From positions 1 to 50,310 of the forward strand of contig DYKY01000008.1 in the NCBI GenBank assembly GCA_020722365.1: a stretch of DNA of 50,310 nucleotides, read 5' to 3'. Under the pieces are notes generated by a model. The model ran no database searches and was not told the origin of the DNA. It saw only the letters and a list, made by a program, of their open reading frames with translations. Positions 25,592 through 34,915 of the stretch are shown here, piece after piece. Position 1 is the stretch's first letter. The number at the start of each line of letters is the position of its first letter. Both the position numbers and the translations under genes were made by a program. This DNA comes from Thermoflexus sp. (GTDB taxonomy: Bacteria; Chloroflexota; Anaerolineae; B4-G1; SLSP01).

Positions 25592-26617
25592 TTAAGCGGC
25601 GTCTCTGTCCACCAGCCAGCAAGCGACAAGGTGTCCCGAGCCATAATCCTTGAGAACCGGCTCTTCTTGATCGCACAACCCCTTGATGGCATAGGAACAG
25701 CGTGGGTGGAAGTGACACCCCTGGGGCGGATTGATCGGGCTAGGCACATCGCCTTCGAGGATAATGCGCGCACGCGAGCCAGCCTTACGGGGATCGGCGA
25801 TCGGAATAGCCGACATCAACGCCCGCGTATACGGGTGCAGGGGATGCGCAAAGATTTCGTGGCGGTCGGCCAATTCGACCATCTTGCCGAGATACATCAC
25901 GGCCACGCGCGTGCTGATGTGTTCCACCACACTCAGGTTGTGCGCGACGAATAGATAAGTCAACGCCAGTTGGTCTTGCAAGTCCATGAGGATGTTCAAC
26001 ACCTGCGCCTGCACCGACACGTCCAGCGCCGACACCGGTTCATCGGCGACGATGAACTTCGGTTCCAGCGCCAGCGCCCGCGCGATGCCGATTCGCTGAC
26101 GCTGCCCGCCGGAGAACTCGTGCGGGTAGCGCTTGGCGTGAAAGTCTTCCAGGTTGACCATACGCAGCAGGTGAATGACCTTCTCCCAGCGCTCTTCGGG
26201 CGATCCAATGCCATGCACGACCAGCCCTTCCATAATGCTCTCGCCCACCGGCATACGCGGATCCAGCGAGGAGTACGGGTCCTGGAAAACGATCTGCATA
26301 TCCTTACGAATGTCCTTGAGCGCCTTGCCCTGCAGCGTGAAAATGTCGCGACCTTCAAAAAGAACCTGCCCACTGGTCGGCGGAGTCAGGCGCAGCAGCG
26401 TGCGTCCGACCGTCGTTTTGCCACAGCCAGACTCACCGACAAGCCCTAACGTCTCTCCCTGTTTGATGGTGAAACTGACCCCATCGACGGCCTTCACGTA
26501 AGCCTGAACACGCTGTAAGAGTCCGCCGCGGATAGGAAAATGCTTGACCATGTCCTTCACGACAACCAGGTCTTTCTTCGCATTGTCGTAACCGGATTGC
26601 CTTTGTGCCTCAATCAT
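25592..26617 (-). CDS. Peptide/nickel-type ABC transporter ATP-binding protein (OppF/DppF-like)
   Basis: Walker [10 protein letters not shown], signature FSGGQRQR, Walker [14 protein letters not shown]-terminal Opp-type extension ([11 protein letters not shown]). ATGA overlap with the upstream ATPase gene. Confidence 0.9.
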   Translation of the reverse strand: MIEAQRQSGYDNAKKDLVVVKDMVKHFPIRGGLLQRVQAYVKAVDGVSFTIKQGETLGLVGESGCGKTTVGRTLLRLTPPTSGQVLFEGRDIFTLQGKALKDIRKDMQIVFQDPYSSLDPRMPVGESIMEGLVVHGIGSPEERWEKVIHLLRMVNLEDFHAKRYPHEFSGGQRQRIGIARALALEPKFIVADEPVSALDVSVQAQVLNILMDLQDQLALTYLFVAHNLSVVEHISTRVAVMYLGKMVELADRHEIFAHPLHPYTRALMSAIPIADPRKAGSRARIILEGDVPSPINPPQGCHFHPRCSYAIKGLCDQEEPVLKDYGSGHLVACWLVDRDAA

Positions 26618-27627
26618 CGGATTTCTCCTTGTGGATTCTGGTAGAGCCAGCAACGCACGAGGTGATCCGGTTCATACTCGATCAGGTCGGGTTCGCGCTC
26701 ATTACAAATCGCCAGGTTGTGCTCAAGGCGCGCCAGGCAACGCGGGGCAAACTTGCAGCCCGGCGGCAGATCAATCAGGTTGGGCACCGTGCCGGGGATG
26801 GTGTCGAGCCGCTCTTTCACGACTCCCATCACCGGAATAGATGCCAACAAGCCATGGGTGTAAGGATGTAACGGATTATCGAACAACACTTCGACGGACG
26901 CCTGCTCGACCACGCGGCCCGCATACATCACCGACACCCGCGAGGCCATCTCTGCCACCACGCCCATATCGTGCGTGATGAGGATGATCGAGGCGCCAAG
27001 CTGGCCTTGCAGGCCGCGCATCAAATCCAGAATTTGGGCCTGGATCGTCACGTCGAGCGCCGTCGTCGGCTCATCGGCGATCAGCAATTCCGGTTCGCAG
27101 GCCAGCGCCATCGCAATCATCACGCGCTGCGCCATGCCGCCCGAGAGTTCGTGTGGGTACGAATAGACACGCTTCTCCGGTTCGGGGATACCGACCGTAC
27201 GCAGCAGGTGTATCGCTTTCTTCCACCCCTCCTTCCTGTCCATACCCCGGTGAATCTGCAAAACTTCCGCAATCTGGTCGCCCACGCGGAACACCGGATT
27301 CAGGCACGAGGTGGGCTGTTGGAAAATCATCGACAGCCGGTCGCCGCGCATCAAACGCATATCCGCTTCGGGCAGCTTCAACAGATCCTGACCGTTGAAC
27401 AATACCTCGCCCCCCACGACTTTTCCAGGGGTTCCCACTAACTGCATAATCGAGAATGAGGTGACGCTCTTCCCACACCCGGATTCGCCCACCAGCGCCA
27501 CAATTTCTCCACGCTTGACGTCAAAATCCACCCCATCGACGGCCTTCACGACGCCATCGTCGGTGTAAAAGTATGTTTTGAGGTCGCGCACTTCGAGAAT
27601 CTTATCGATTTGTGTCGTGTTTTCCAC
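26614..27627 (-). CDS. Peptide/nickel-type ABC transporter ATP-binding protein (OppD/DppD-like)
   Basis: Walker [10 protein letters not shown], signature LSGGMAQR, Walker [14 protein letters not shown]-terminal [10 protein letters not shown]. Confidence 0.9.
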   Translation of the reverse strand: MENTTQIDKILEVRDLKTYFYTDDGVVKAVDGVDFDVKRGEIVALVGESGCGKSVTSFSIMQLVGTPGKVVGGEVLFNGQDLLKLPEADMRLMRGDRLSMIFQQPTSCLNPVFRVGDQIAEVLQIHRGMDRKEGWKKAIHLLRTVGIPEPEKRVYSYPHELSGGMAQRVMIAMALACEPELLIADEPTTALDVTIQAQILDLMRGLQGQLGASIILITHDMGVVAEMASRVSVMYAGRVVEQASVEVLFDNPLHPYTHGLLASIPVMGVVKERLDTIPGTVPNLIDLPPGCKFAPRCLARLEHNLAICNEREPDLIEYEPDHLVRCWLYQNPQGEIR

Positions 27628-27801
27628 GGCCCACTCCTTCGAAAATAGCCACCGAGGACACAGAGTTCACAGGGGAAAAAACCTGAGCGCTCTGCTTTCT
27701 CCGTAACCTACATTTTTGTTCTAGTTGGTATGGAATCCCGAACTTCTTTTAACAAATGGTGGCAACGCCTCAACGCTGCCACCGCAAAACAGACGCCACG
27801 G

Positions 27802-29742
27802 TTATTGAATGTCGAACACCTCGATGTTCCACATCGCGGAGTCCTCAGTTGCATCCATGATAAAGCCCTTTACCTCCGGGCGAATCGCCGCCAGTTTGAA
27901 GTGCACAAAGAGTGGCACCACCGGCAATTGCTCGGAGAAAATGCGTTGCGCCGCCTGATGGTTCTCAATGTAGTCGGCGGTACCAGGAAGAGCGCCCAGC
28001 GCACGCTTACAGGCCACGTCAAAGTCGGCGTTCGCAAAGCCGGAAACATTGTCCCCGTTCCAGCCGTTATCGGCGGAGGGGACGGCGCTGCTCAGGTAGC
28101 GTTCGCAAGACGGCTCCACGCTGCTCGAAAAAGAGGTGACATCGAAGCGCCGACCGAACAGAGGCCCATCCGGCCCATTGGCGAAGTATTGCCCCACCGG
28201 GACATTCTCCAGGTTCACCATAAACCCGCAGCCCGCCAGGTTCTGCTGCCAGATTTGCATATATTGAAGGCGTAACGCATCTGTGAAACTCAGCCACGTG
28301 AACTCAAGCCTTGTTCCGTTGGGGATGCCTTCGATATCCTTGGCTTCGCGCACGCCGTCGGCATCGGCGTCCACCCACCCTATTTCTTCAAGCAAGGCCT
28401 GCCCCTTCTCGGGATCGTAGGGATACTCTGTCAAACCACCGGCGTAATAGGGATGATCAGGCGGCAGATAGGAACTGAGGACGCGCGAGAGATTGTACAA
28501 CACGGTGTCCACCACAACCTGGCGATCGAGACAGTAGGCGAACGCCTGGCGCATCCGCACGTCGCCAAAGAAATCTGGACGGTCGTACTCAGGCGCGGAG
28601 CTGATTCCAAAATCCACGTGCTCCCACGCGGTACTGGCGGCGCTGGCAAGCTTGATCACGTTTTCTTGTTCAAGCTTGAGCAACAACGGGGTCAGGTCTG
28701 CCGATAAGGCATCCTGGGTAACGATATCACACTCGCCGGAAATCAATTGTGCCAGGGCGGAGTTGGGATCGGAGACGAAACGGAAAATCACGTTATCCAC
28801 ATAAGGCAATCCCTCGGCAGCGCGGTGATAGAGAGGGTTCTTCTCGACGGTAATGTGATCGCCGGGTACCCATTCTTTGATCATGAACGCGCCCCAGCCA
28901 ATAGGCATGCGGGAAGATTCGGCAGCTTCCAGAAGGTCGGCAGCGCCATAGCCCAACTGCTCCTGCCAGAGATGGCGAGGCAGAGGAGGCCAGAAATTGG
29001 TGAAGTAAGTGTTGTCAATGTAGCCGGGCAAGCCAATCCACACGGCAGTTTCGTCATCCAGGGCTTCGTAAGAGGCCGTGCGGTCGATCGTGAACTTACT
29101 CACAGGCGTGGACGGATCAGCGGCCAGCTCAAAGGTGTAGACGGAATCATCCACGGTCAAATCCTCACCGTCAGACCACTTGAGGCCGTCGATAAGCTTG
29201 AACGTCACAAACATCTGATCCATTTCCATCGGAGGGCCTTCGAACTCCACGGCGCACTCCGACGATCGACAGCCATACGGACGCACCATCATGCCCTCGG
29301 TCAATTCCACAGGATCGCCGGCATCGTTCACAACGATATCACCGGCCTGGACGGTGACGGCGTTGATAATCGCGTCGCCATCTTCGGTGCTCGGCAATTT
29401 CTCCAAGATGACGGCCTGATAAGCATAAGTACGGCTATCAATGGGGCCATCGTATATCGCATGCTGGATGTGTCGTGCTGCCAGCATATCCCCACCATAC
29501 CAATACAGCGTATCAGGTTCCTGGCTCTGGCAGATCACAAGCGTTTTGAGACCGTCGCCAGCCGGTTCCTCGGTCTTTTCAACAACTTTCTCGACAACTT
29601 TCTCGACAATGGTCTCAACGGTCTTCTCAACGACGACGGTTTCGATGACGATCTCAGGAGTCGGGGTTATCATACAGGCGGACAATATTAAGCTCGATAT
29701 CACCAGTGTTCCAAATATAGCCATCCACTTCTTACGCAACAT
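27802..29742 (-). CDS. ABC transporter substrate-binding lipoprotein, family 5 (peptide/nickel type)
   Basis: Lipobox LILSAC followed by a VEK-rich repeat linker. 646 aa, with length and composition typical of family 5 binding proteins. Directly upstream of two Opp-type ATPase genes. Confidence 0.75.
   Translation of the reverse strand: MLRKKWMAIFGTLVISSLILSACMITPTPEIVIETVVVEKTVETIVEKVVEKVVEKTEEPAGDGLKTLVICQSQEPDTLYWYGGDMLAARHIQHAIYDGPIDSRTYAYQAVILEKLPSTEDGDAIINAVTVQAGDIVVNDAGDPVELTEGMMVRPYGCRSSECAVEFEGPPMEMDQMFVTFKLIDGLKWSDGEDLTVDDSVYTFELAADPSTPVSKFTIDRTASYEALDDETAVWIGLPGYIDNTYFTNFWPPLPRHLWQEQLGYGAADLLEAAESSRMPIGWGAFMIKEWVPGDHITVEKNPLYHRAAEGLPYVDNVIFRFVSDPNSALAQLISGECDIVTQDALSADLTPLLLKLEQENVIKLASAASTAWEHVDFGISSAPEYDRPDFFGDVRMRQAFAYCLDRQVVVDTVLYNLSRVLSSYLPPDHPYYAGGLTEYPYDPEKGQALLEEIGWVDADADGVREAKDIEGIPNGTRLEFTWLSFTDALRLQYMQIWQQNLAGCGFMVNLENVPVGQYFANGPDGPLFGRRFDVTSFSSSVEPSCERYLSSAVPSADNGWNGDNVSGFANADFDVACKRALGALPGTADYIENHQAAQRIFSEQLPVVPLFVHFKLAAIRPEVKGFIMDATEDSAMWNIEVFDIQ
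29563..29655 (-). repeat. In-frame short tandem repeats encoding a (V/I)-E-K/T-rich linker after the lipobox
   Basis: Protein IVIETVVVEKTVETIVEKVVEKVVEKTEEP. The DNA shows repeated ctttctcgacaa units. Confidence 0.7.
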
Positions 29743-29891
29743 CTGTCTCTTCCTTCGTGGGGATTATTCTAGCGCCGAGCCCTTAGCTGACACTTTTCTG
29801 CAGCGTTTGTCGTGCTACGCACTTCCAGCATAACGTTGACAAAAGCTATGAGCGTAAAACGGGTTTCATTTGGGTGTGTTTCATTTCAGTT

Positions 29892-29975
29892 GTAGCCTAG
29901 GGCCTTGTGCCCGTTTTGTGCCCGTTTCGTGCCCGTTTTGTACGTCAAAAACACGCCCACAAGGGGCTAGACTAC
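29892..29975. repeat. 84-bp quasi-palindromic intergenic element with three tandem 11-bp units (gtgcccgtttt/c). A second, inverted copy lies at 37768-37839.
   Basis: gtagcctagggccttgtg ... cacaaggggctagactac termini, with internal gtgcccgtttt gtgcccgtttc gtgcccgtttt. The reverse complement of 37768-37839 aligns along its whole length apart from a 12-nt indel and a few substitutions. Confidence 0.85.
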
Positions 29976-30121
29976 GACCGCCCATCATTTGAAACACACC
30001 CATTTCATTTTAGGGACAAAAATCGAAAAGTCAAGATTTGCTACGGAGACACTAGAAAAAATCGCAGCCCCGCAGCCGAGACACGACTGGGGGACTGTAA
30101 TTATAGCTCGCCCGTTAAGGC

Positions 30122-30328
30122 TTATTTCCTGCGCAAATGGGTATACAAGACAGAACCAATCAACCCCAGAATCATACCGGAAAAGGATGCTGCATAGGCG
30201 AAGAAATTCAAGAAGAACGTGGAAGGGAGAACCCGCAGCACCATCAAGAGCGGCAGCAGCACGCCGAGCACCAAGAGGATGAAGGCCAGCAGCAGCAATT
30301 TCCAGGGATGCGCCAGCAGATTGTTCAT
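30122..30328 (-). CDS. Small two-TM membrane protein (68 aa), translationally coupled to the preceding ABC ATPase gene
   Basis: Hydrophobic segments LLLLAFILLVLGVLLPLLMVL and FFAYAASFSGMILGLIGSVL. ATGA overlap with the stop of the 30325-31365 gene. Confidence 0.5.
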   Translation of the reverse strand: MNNLLAHPWKLLLLAFILLVLGVLLPLLMVLRVLPSTFFLNFFAYAASFSGMILGLIGSVLYTHLRRK

Positions 30329-31365
30329 CTATACAACCAACAAGCGACAAAGTGTTTGGGCTCCGGTTCGAAGTACGGCGGTTCCTCTACTTCGCACAGG
30401 CCCTCTATCCGGCGCGCGCAACGCGGATGGAAACGACAACCACTCGGCGGATTGACCAGGCTCGGCGGCTCGCCGGGAGGCACATCCCGGAAGCGCGTCG
30501 CGTTGTTGGCATCAGGATCGGAAGTCGCTGCCAGGAGCGCATCCGTATAGGGATGGAGAGGATTGCGAATCAGGTCATTGATGGGAGAGTTCTCGACAAT
30601 CTTCCCGGCATACATCACGAAGACACGCTCCGAAAAATAACGCACAGTGGAAAGGTCATGGGTGATGTAGATGACCGCCAGATCGTGGGCTTCCTGCAAG
30701 CCACGCAACAGCTTGAGGATCTCCACGCGCACCGAAGCATCGAGCATTGAAACCGGCTCATCGGCCACGATGAGTTTCGGATCCAACAACATCGCCCGCG
30801 CGATCACTACGCGTTGCTGCTGCCCACCGCTGAGCATATGCGGGAATTTGGGCAAGAAGTCGTCCACCGGACTCATTTTGACTTCTTCCATAGCGCGGCG
30901 CAAACGATCATAACGCTCGGCTTTATTCTTGATCCCGTTGATAATCTGCGGCTCTTCAAGAATCCGTTGAATACTCATGAAGGGCGCCAACGCGCCGTAG
31001 GGATCTTGCTGCACATAGCCGACCTGCGAGCGATAGGCTTGCATCTCGCGGCCCCGCAGCACATTCAAGCTTTGCCCTTCGAAAAGAATGTCTCCCTTGG
31101 TGGGACGATGAAGCGCCAGAATCGTCTTCATCAGACTCGACTTGCCACAGCCACTCTCGCCGACGATAGCGATGGTCTCACTGTAATGCAGGTCAAAGTT
31201 CACCCCATCCACGGCGTGCACGTAACCGGCGTGACCGAAGCCAAAGCGCCGCAATTCGAACCACACCCGCAAATCCTGAACCGACAACAACACGTTGTCG
31301 CCGTTGCCGCGTGTGCCGGTCACGACCGCGCCTTCCGTCTGTGCTGTTTCTGTTATGGTATTCAT
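30325..31365 (-). CDS. Peptide-type ABC transporter ATP-binding protein (OppF-like)
   Basis: Walker [10 protein letters not shown], signature LSGGQQQR, Walker [14 protein letters not shown]-terminal PPSGCRFHPRC. Confidence 0.9.
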   Translation of the reverse strand: MNTITETAQTEGAVVTGTRGNGDNVLLSVQDLRVWFELRRFGFGHAGYVHAVDGVNFDLHYSETIAIVGESGCGKSSLMKTILALHRPTKGDILFEGQSLNVLRGREMQAYRSQVGYVQQDPYGALAPFMSIQRILEEPQIINGIKNKAERYDRLRRAMEEVKMSPVDDFLPKFPHMLSGGQQQRVVIARAMLLDPKLIVADEPVSMLDASVRVEILKLLRGLQEAHDLAVIYITHDLSTVRYFSERVFVMYAGKIVENSPINDLIRNPLHPYTDALLAATSDPDANNATRFRDVPPGEPPSLVNPPSGCRFHPRCARRIEGLCEVEEPPYFEPEPKHFVACWLYR

Positions 31366-31378
31366 CGCGATAGCTCCT

Positions 31379-32338
31379 CTATTTCACATGCAGCCAGCAT
31401 TTGACGGTTCGACCATCTTCCGCAACGGTTGGAGGTTCTTCAGCACACCGCGAATGACTCTGCGGGCAGCGCGCCGCGAAACGACAGCCCGTCGGTGGGT
31501 TGATCAAGCTAGGCGGTTGGCCGACGATGAAATCTGGCTCCTGGGTCCCCCGCAAGCGCGGAACGCTGTCCATCAGTTTCCGCGAATAGGGATGCAGCGG
31601 CTCGGCGAAAAAGCGGTGCGCGTCTCCGGTCTCGACAATCTGCCCGGCGTACATCACCGCGACGCTGTCCGCCAACTCGCTGGAGGTGGCGATATCGTGG
31701 GTGATGAGGATAAAGCTCAGCCCCAACTCGCCTTTGAGTTCCTTCAAGACGTTGAAGATATTCGCCTGCGTCAGCACGTCCAACGCCGAGGTCGGCTCAT
31801 CGAGCACGATGAGATCCGGCCAGGTCACCAAAGCCATCGCGATCGCGACACGCTGGCGCATCCCACCGCTCAATTCAAAGGCATAGCGGTTCAGGAAATC
31901 CTGAGGGACACCCACGTGCTGGAACATCTTGCTGGCCTGCTCAAGAGCTTCCTCTTTGTGCATCGCGCTATGGATGATGGAAGGCTCCGCCACTTGGTCG
32001 CCGACCTTGAGGACCGGATTGAGCGCGTTCATCGCCGCCTGCGGCACCATCGACATCTTGCGCCAGCGCACCTGCCGGCGGTACTCCTCATCATTGTAGG
32101 CCATCGTGTCAACGCCGTTCAAATAGATCTTGCCACTATAGCTCTCGACATTGCGCGGCAGCAACCGCAGAATGGCTTTTGCCATCGAGGTCTTGCCGCA
32201 CCCGGATTCACCGACGATAACAACAGCGTGGTTGGATTCAAGATCAAAGTTCACACCATCGACCGCGCGCACGGTACCCTTTCCGGTACGGAAAAACAAC
32301 TTCAGATCTTCAACATGTAATAAAGGCATCTCTGACAT
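31379..32338 (-). CDS. Peptide-type ABC transporter ATP-binding protein (OppD-like)
   Basis: Walker [10 protein letters not shown], signature LSGGMRQR, Walker B LIVLDEPTSALD, C-terminal PPTGCRFAARC. Confidence 0.9.
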   Translation of the reverse strand: MSEMPLLHVEDLKLFFRTGKGTVRAVDGVNFDLESNHAVVIVGESGCGKTSMAKAILRLLPRNVESYSGKIYLNGVDTMAYNDEEYRRQVRWRKMSMVPQAAMNALNPVLKVGDQVAEPSIIHSAMHKEEALEQASKMFQHVGVPQDFLNRYAFELSGGMRQRVAIAMALVTWPDLIVLDEPTSALDVLTQANIFNVLKELKGELGLSFILITHDIATSSELADSVAVMYAGQIVETGDAHRFFAEPLHPYSRKLMDSVPRLRGTQEPDFIVGQPPSLINPPTGCRFAARCPQSHSRCAEEPPTVAEDGRTVKCWLHVK

Positions 32339-32343
32339 CGGCT

Positions 32344-33693
32344 CTACACCTCTCTCAGGCGAGGATTAAAGACGCGATCCAGGGCAAAGCCCACCATTGC
32401 AAAGCCCAGGCCCGCGAGCATCAGAAGCACGGCCGGCTCCAGCACCCAATAATATTGACCGTTGTACAACGCTCCGTTGGCGCGCGCATCGTCAATCAGC
32501 TTACCCCACGTGGGCAACACCGGGTCGCCCAGACCCAACAGCGCCAGAGAGGCTTCCAGGAACACGTAGGTAGGGATGCCGGTGACGAGATTGGGGATCA
32601 ACACCGGAATGATGCGCGGGACCAGGTAGAGGAAAATGATGCGCCAACTACTCGCGCCGTAGGAACGCGCCGCTTCGATGTAGGAAGCCTCCTTGATCTG
32701 CATAAACACGGCGCGAAACCCTATGATCCCTCCGCCGAAGATACTCAGCAAAACAATCCAGCCCAGGATCACCCAAATACTACGGGACTGAAATGTGCCA
32801 ACCATAATAAGGATCGGCAAAGTCGGCAACAAGATATTGACCTGGGTAATACGTTGAATCAACTCATCCACCACGCCGCCAAACCACACACCAATTGCGG
32901 CGATGGACATCGTGATGATACTCGTGCCCAGCGCTGCCAACAGCCCGAACGAGAGCGCAATCGGCGTCCCCCAGAGCAAGGCGATCGTCAGATCACGGCG
33001 GCGATGATCCGTGCCCGCCAGGCCGTGCACCGTACCATACGCCACAAATTTGGCGTCAATATCAGAACCCTCCTCGAAGGTGACAGCGGCAACCTGTAAC
33101 CGATACGTTCCCTTGAGGACCGTGGGGGTTTCCTTATCGGGATCGGCAAACAGGGCGATCTGTGGTTCGACGCCATCAAGCCGGCGCAGCAGCCGGTCGT
33201 CCTGCGCGAAGCGATACGTCTCCGAAGGCTTGGCCGTCACTTCGCCCAGGCGGATTTCTCGCCCATCAGGCGTAATCCAGGACAATGAAACAAAAGGCCC
33301 TTTTTCGGCAAAGGTCGCGTTCATAAAGACGATCAAGTCTTGAGGAAAAGCATCGAAGTCGTAGTCGAAATCGAACGTCATGACCACATCCCACATTTCC
33401 TCCGAAATCTCGGTCACGGTTTTGGCGGTCAGTCCAGATTCATCCCGACTATCGCACACAATCGTTGAGGGCTGCTTTTCCCTGCTGAAGAGATTGGTCC
33501 ACGCCGGCGGCACAATGCGAGGATTGTCGCCCCAGATCTCCTCACCGCCGCGCCAAAGTCGAATGGCCTCATTGTATGGAATGGTGACAATCGCGTAAAT
33601 GGCAAGCAACACCAGCAAAAGAATAATGAACCCTCCGGCAATCGCAGAAGGGAATTTAGCCATTTCCCTTAAATTACGTTTCAAAGCATTCAT
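32344..33693 (-). CDS. ABC transporter permease (OppC/DppC-like) with a large extracytoplasmic loop
   Basis: Multiple hydrophobic segments. EAA-type region (IEAARSYGASSWRIIFLYLVPRI). 449 aa. Overlaps the upstream permease gene by 4 nt. Confidence 0.85.
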   Translation of the reverse strand: MNALKRNLREMAKFPSAIAGGFIILLLVLLAIYAIVTIPYNEAIRLWRGGEEIWGDNPRIVPPAWTNLFSREKQPSTIVCDSRDESGLTAKTVTEISEEMWDVVMTFDFDYDFDAFPQDLIVFMNATFAEKGPFVSLSWITPDGREIRLGEVTAKPSETYRFAQDDRLLRRLDGVEPQIALFADPDKETPTVLKGTYRLQVAAVTFEEGSDIDAKFVAYGTVHGLAGTDHRRRDLTIALLWGTPIALSFGLLAALGTSIITMSIAAIGVWFGGVVDELIQRITQVNILLPTLPILIMVGTFQSRSIWVILGWIVLLSIFGGGIIGFRAVFMQIKEASYIEAARSYGASSWRIIFLYLVPRIIPVLIPNLVTGIPTYVFLEASLALLGLGDPVLPTWGKLIDDARANGALYNGQYYWVLEPAVLLMLAGLGFAMVGFALDRVFNPRLREV

Positions 33694-34829
33694 GAGCGAG
33701 ACCCTCCACCGCCAACGCGTACCCGTGGGTCAACCAGGGCATAGATAAAATCCAACAGGAAGACCGTAATCGCCAGAAGATAGGCGTTGATGACGGTCGT
33801 TCCGATGATAACCGGCGAGTCATAGAGGCCGATGGCCTGATAAACCAGGCGTCCTATCCCCGGCCAGTTAAACACGGTTTCCAAAATGGTCGCGCCATTC
33901 CACAGACCGATCAATGTCAAAGCGAAGTTCGTAATGATATTCGGCAACGTCGGGCGTAACACGTAACGCCGCTCGATATCTTTGGACGTCAAGCCCTTGG
34001 CGCGGGCCAACTCCACGTAATCCTCCATCGAGAAAATGAGGAAAAACGTGCGATAGCCGTAGACGCCGGCAAAGAACCCGCTGATGATCCAGGCGACGAC
34101 CGGCAGGATCAAGTGGCGCAGCACACTTAACGCATAGGCGATAGGCGCGTCTGGCGGCGGTGCGGCAACCATGCCGCCGAACGGCAACCAGCCCAACACA
34201 GAGGCAAAGAGCAGCAGCAGGAAAATCCCGTAAAACCAGGCCGGTGCAGCAGACGTGGGCGACAGTGCGATGACCAATTTGTCAAGAAGATTGCCGTAGT
34301 TGCGAGAGAGATAGAGCGCAAAGAAAAGCGTAATAAAGAATAAGAGTAAACTGGACGACGACATTAATAACAAAGTTGGCGGAAGACGTTCAAGAATAAT
34401 GTTGCGCACCAGCTTCGAGCCACTGTCGCTCGCCATGTGTTGCGCGCGTCCCAGGTTTAGCACCATCGCGTGGCCGAGGAAACGGAAACTGCGCATGAGA
34501 AAAGGCTGGTCTAACCCCAGGCGATGCTCTTCAATGGTCACCAACTCATCGATAAGTTTATTGCGCTCCGCCATCGTCAGATTCTGTCGGGTTGGATCCA
34601 GACCGATTTGGACAGAAATCCTCTCACGGATTTGTCCTTTAAGGATCTCATCGACGTAGCCGCCCATATTGGCGATCAAGATGGTCAGATACACGCCAAT
34701 GGTCACGGCAATCAAGAGCGTAATTAATCTTATGCCAATGTAACGCGCCAATTTAAGGGTTTGATTCTGCGTGGATTTTTTAGTCGGCGCTTCCACGCTC
34801 GCTGGTACAGGCAAAGAGGCTTCGGTCAT
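33690..34829 (-). CDS. ABC transporter permease (OppB/DppB-like)
   Basis: Multi-TM protein with an EAA-type region (YVELARAKGLTSKDIERRYVLRPTLPNI). 379 aa. Confidence 0.85.
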   Translation of the reverse strand: MTEASLPVPASVEAPTKKSTQNQTLKLARYIGIRLITLLIAVTIGVYLTILIANMGGYVDEILKGQIRERISVQIGLDPTRQNLTMAERNKLIDELVTIEEHRLGLDQPFLMRSFRFLGHAMVLNLGRAQHMASDSGSKLVRNIILERLPPTLLLMSSSSLLLFFITLFFALYLSRNYGNLLDKLVIALSPTSAAPAWFYGIFLLLLFASVLGWLPFGGMVAAPPPDAPIAYALSVLRHLILPVVAWIISGFFAGVYGYRTFFLIFSMEDYVELARAKGLTSKDIERRYVLRPTLPNIITNFALTLIGLWNGATILETVFNWPGIGRLVYQAIGLYDSPVIIGTTVINAYLLAITVFLLDFIYALVDPRVRVGGGGSRS

Positions 34830-34915
34830 GGCGCATCTCGCTTTCTATACTTGTTTAGAAAAACGCGCCAGGGGCAAGGGTTCGCCCCCGGCGCGTTTGT
34901 TGAAAAGCTACCTCA

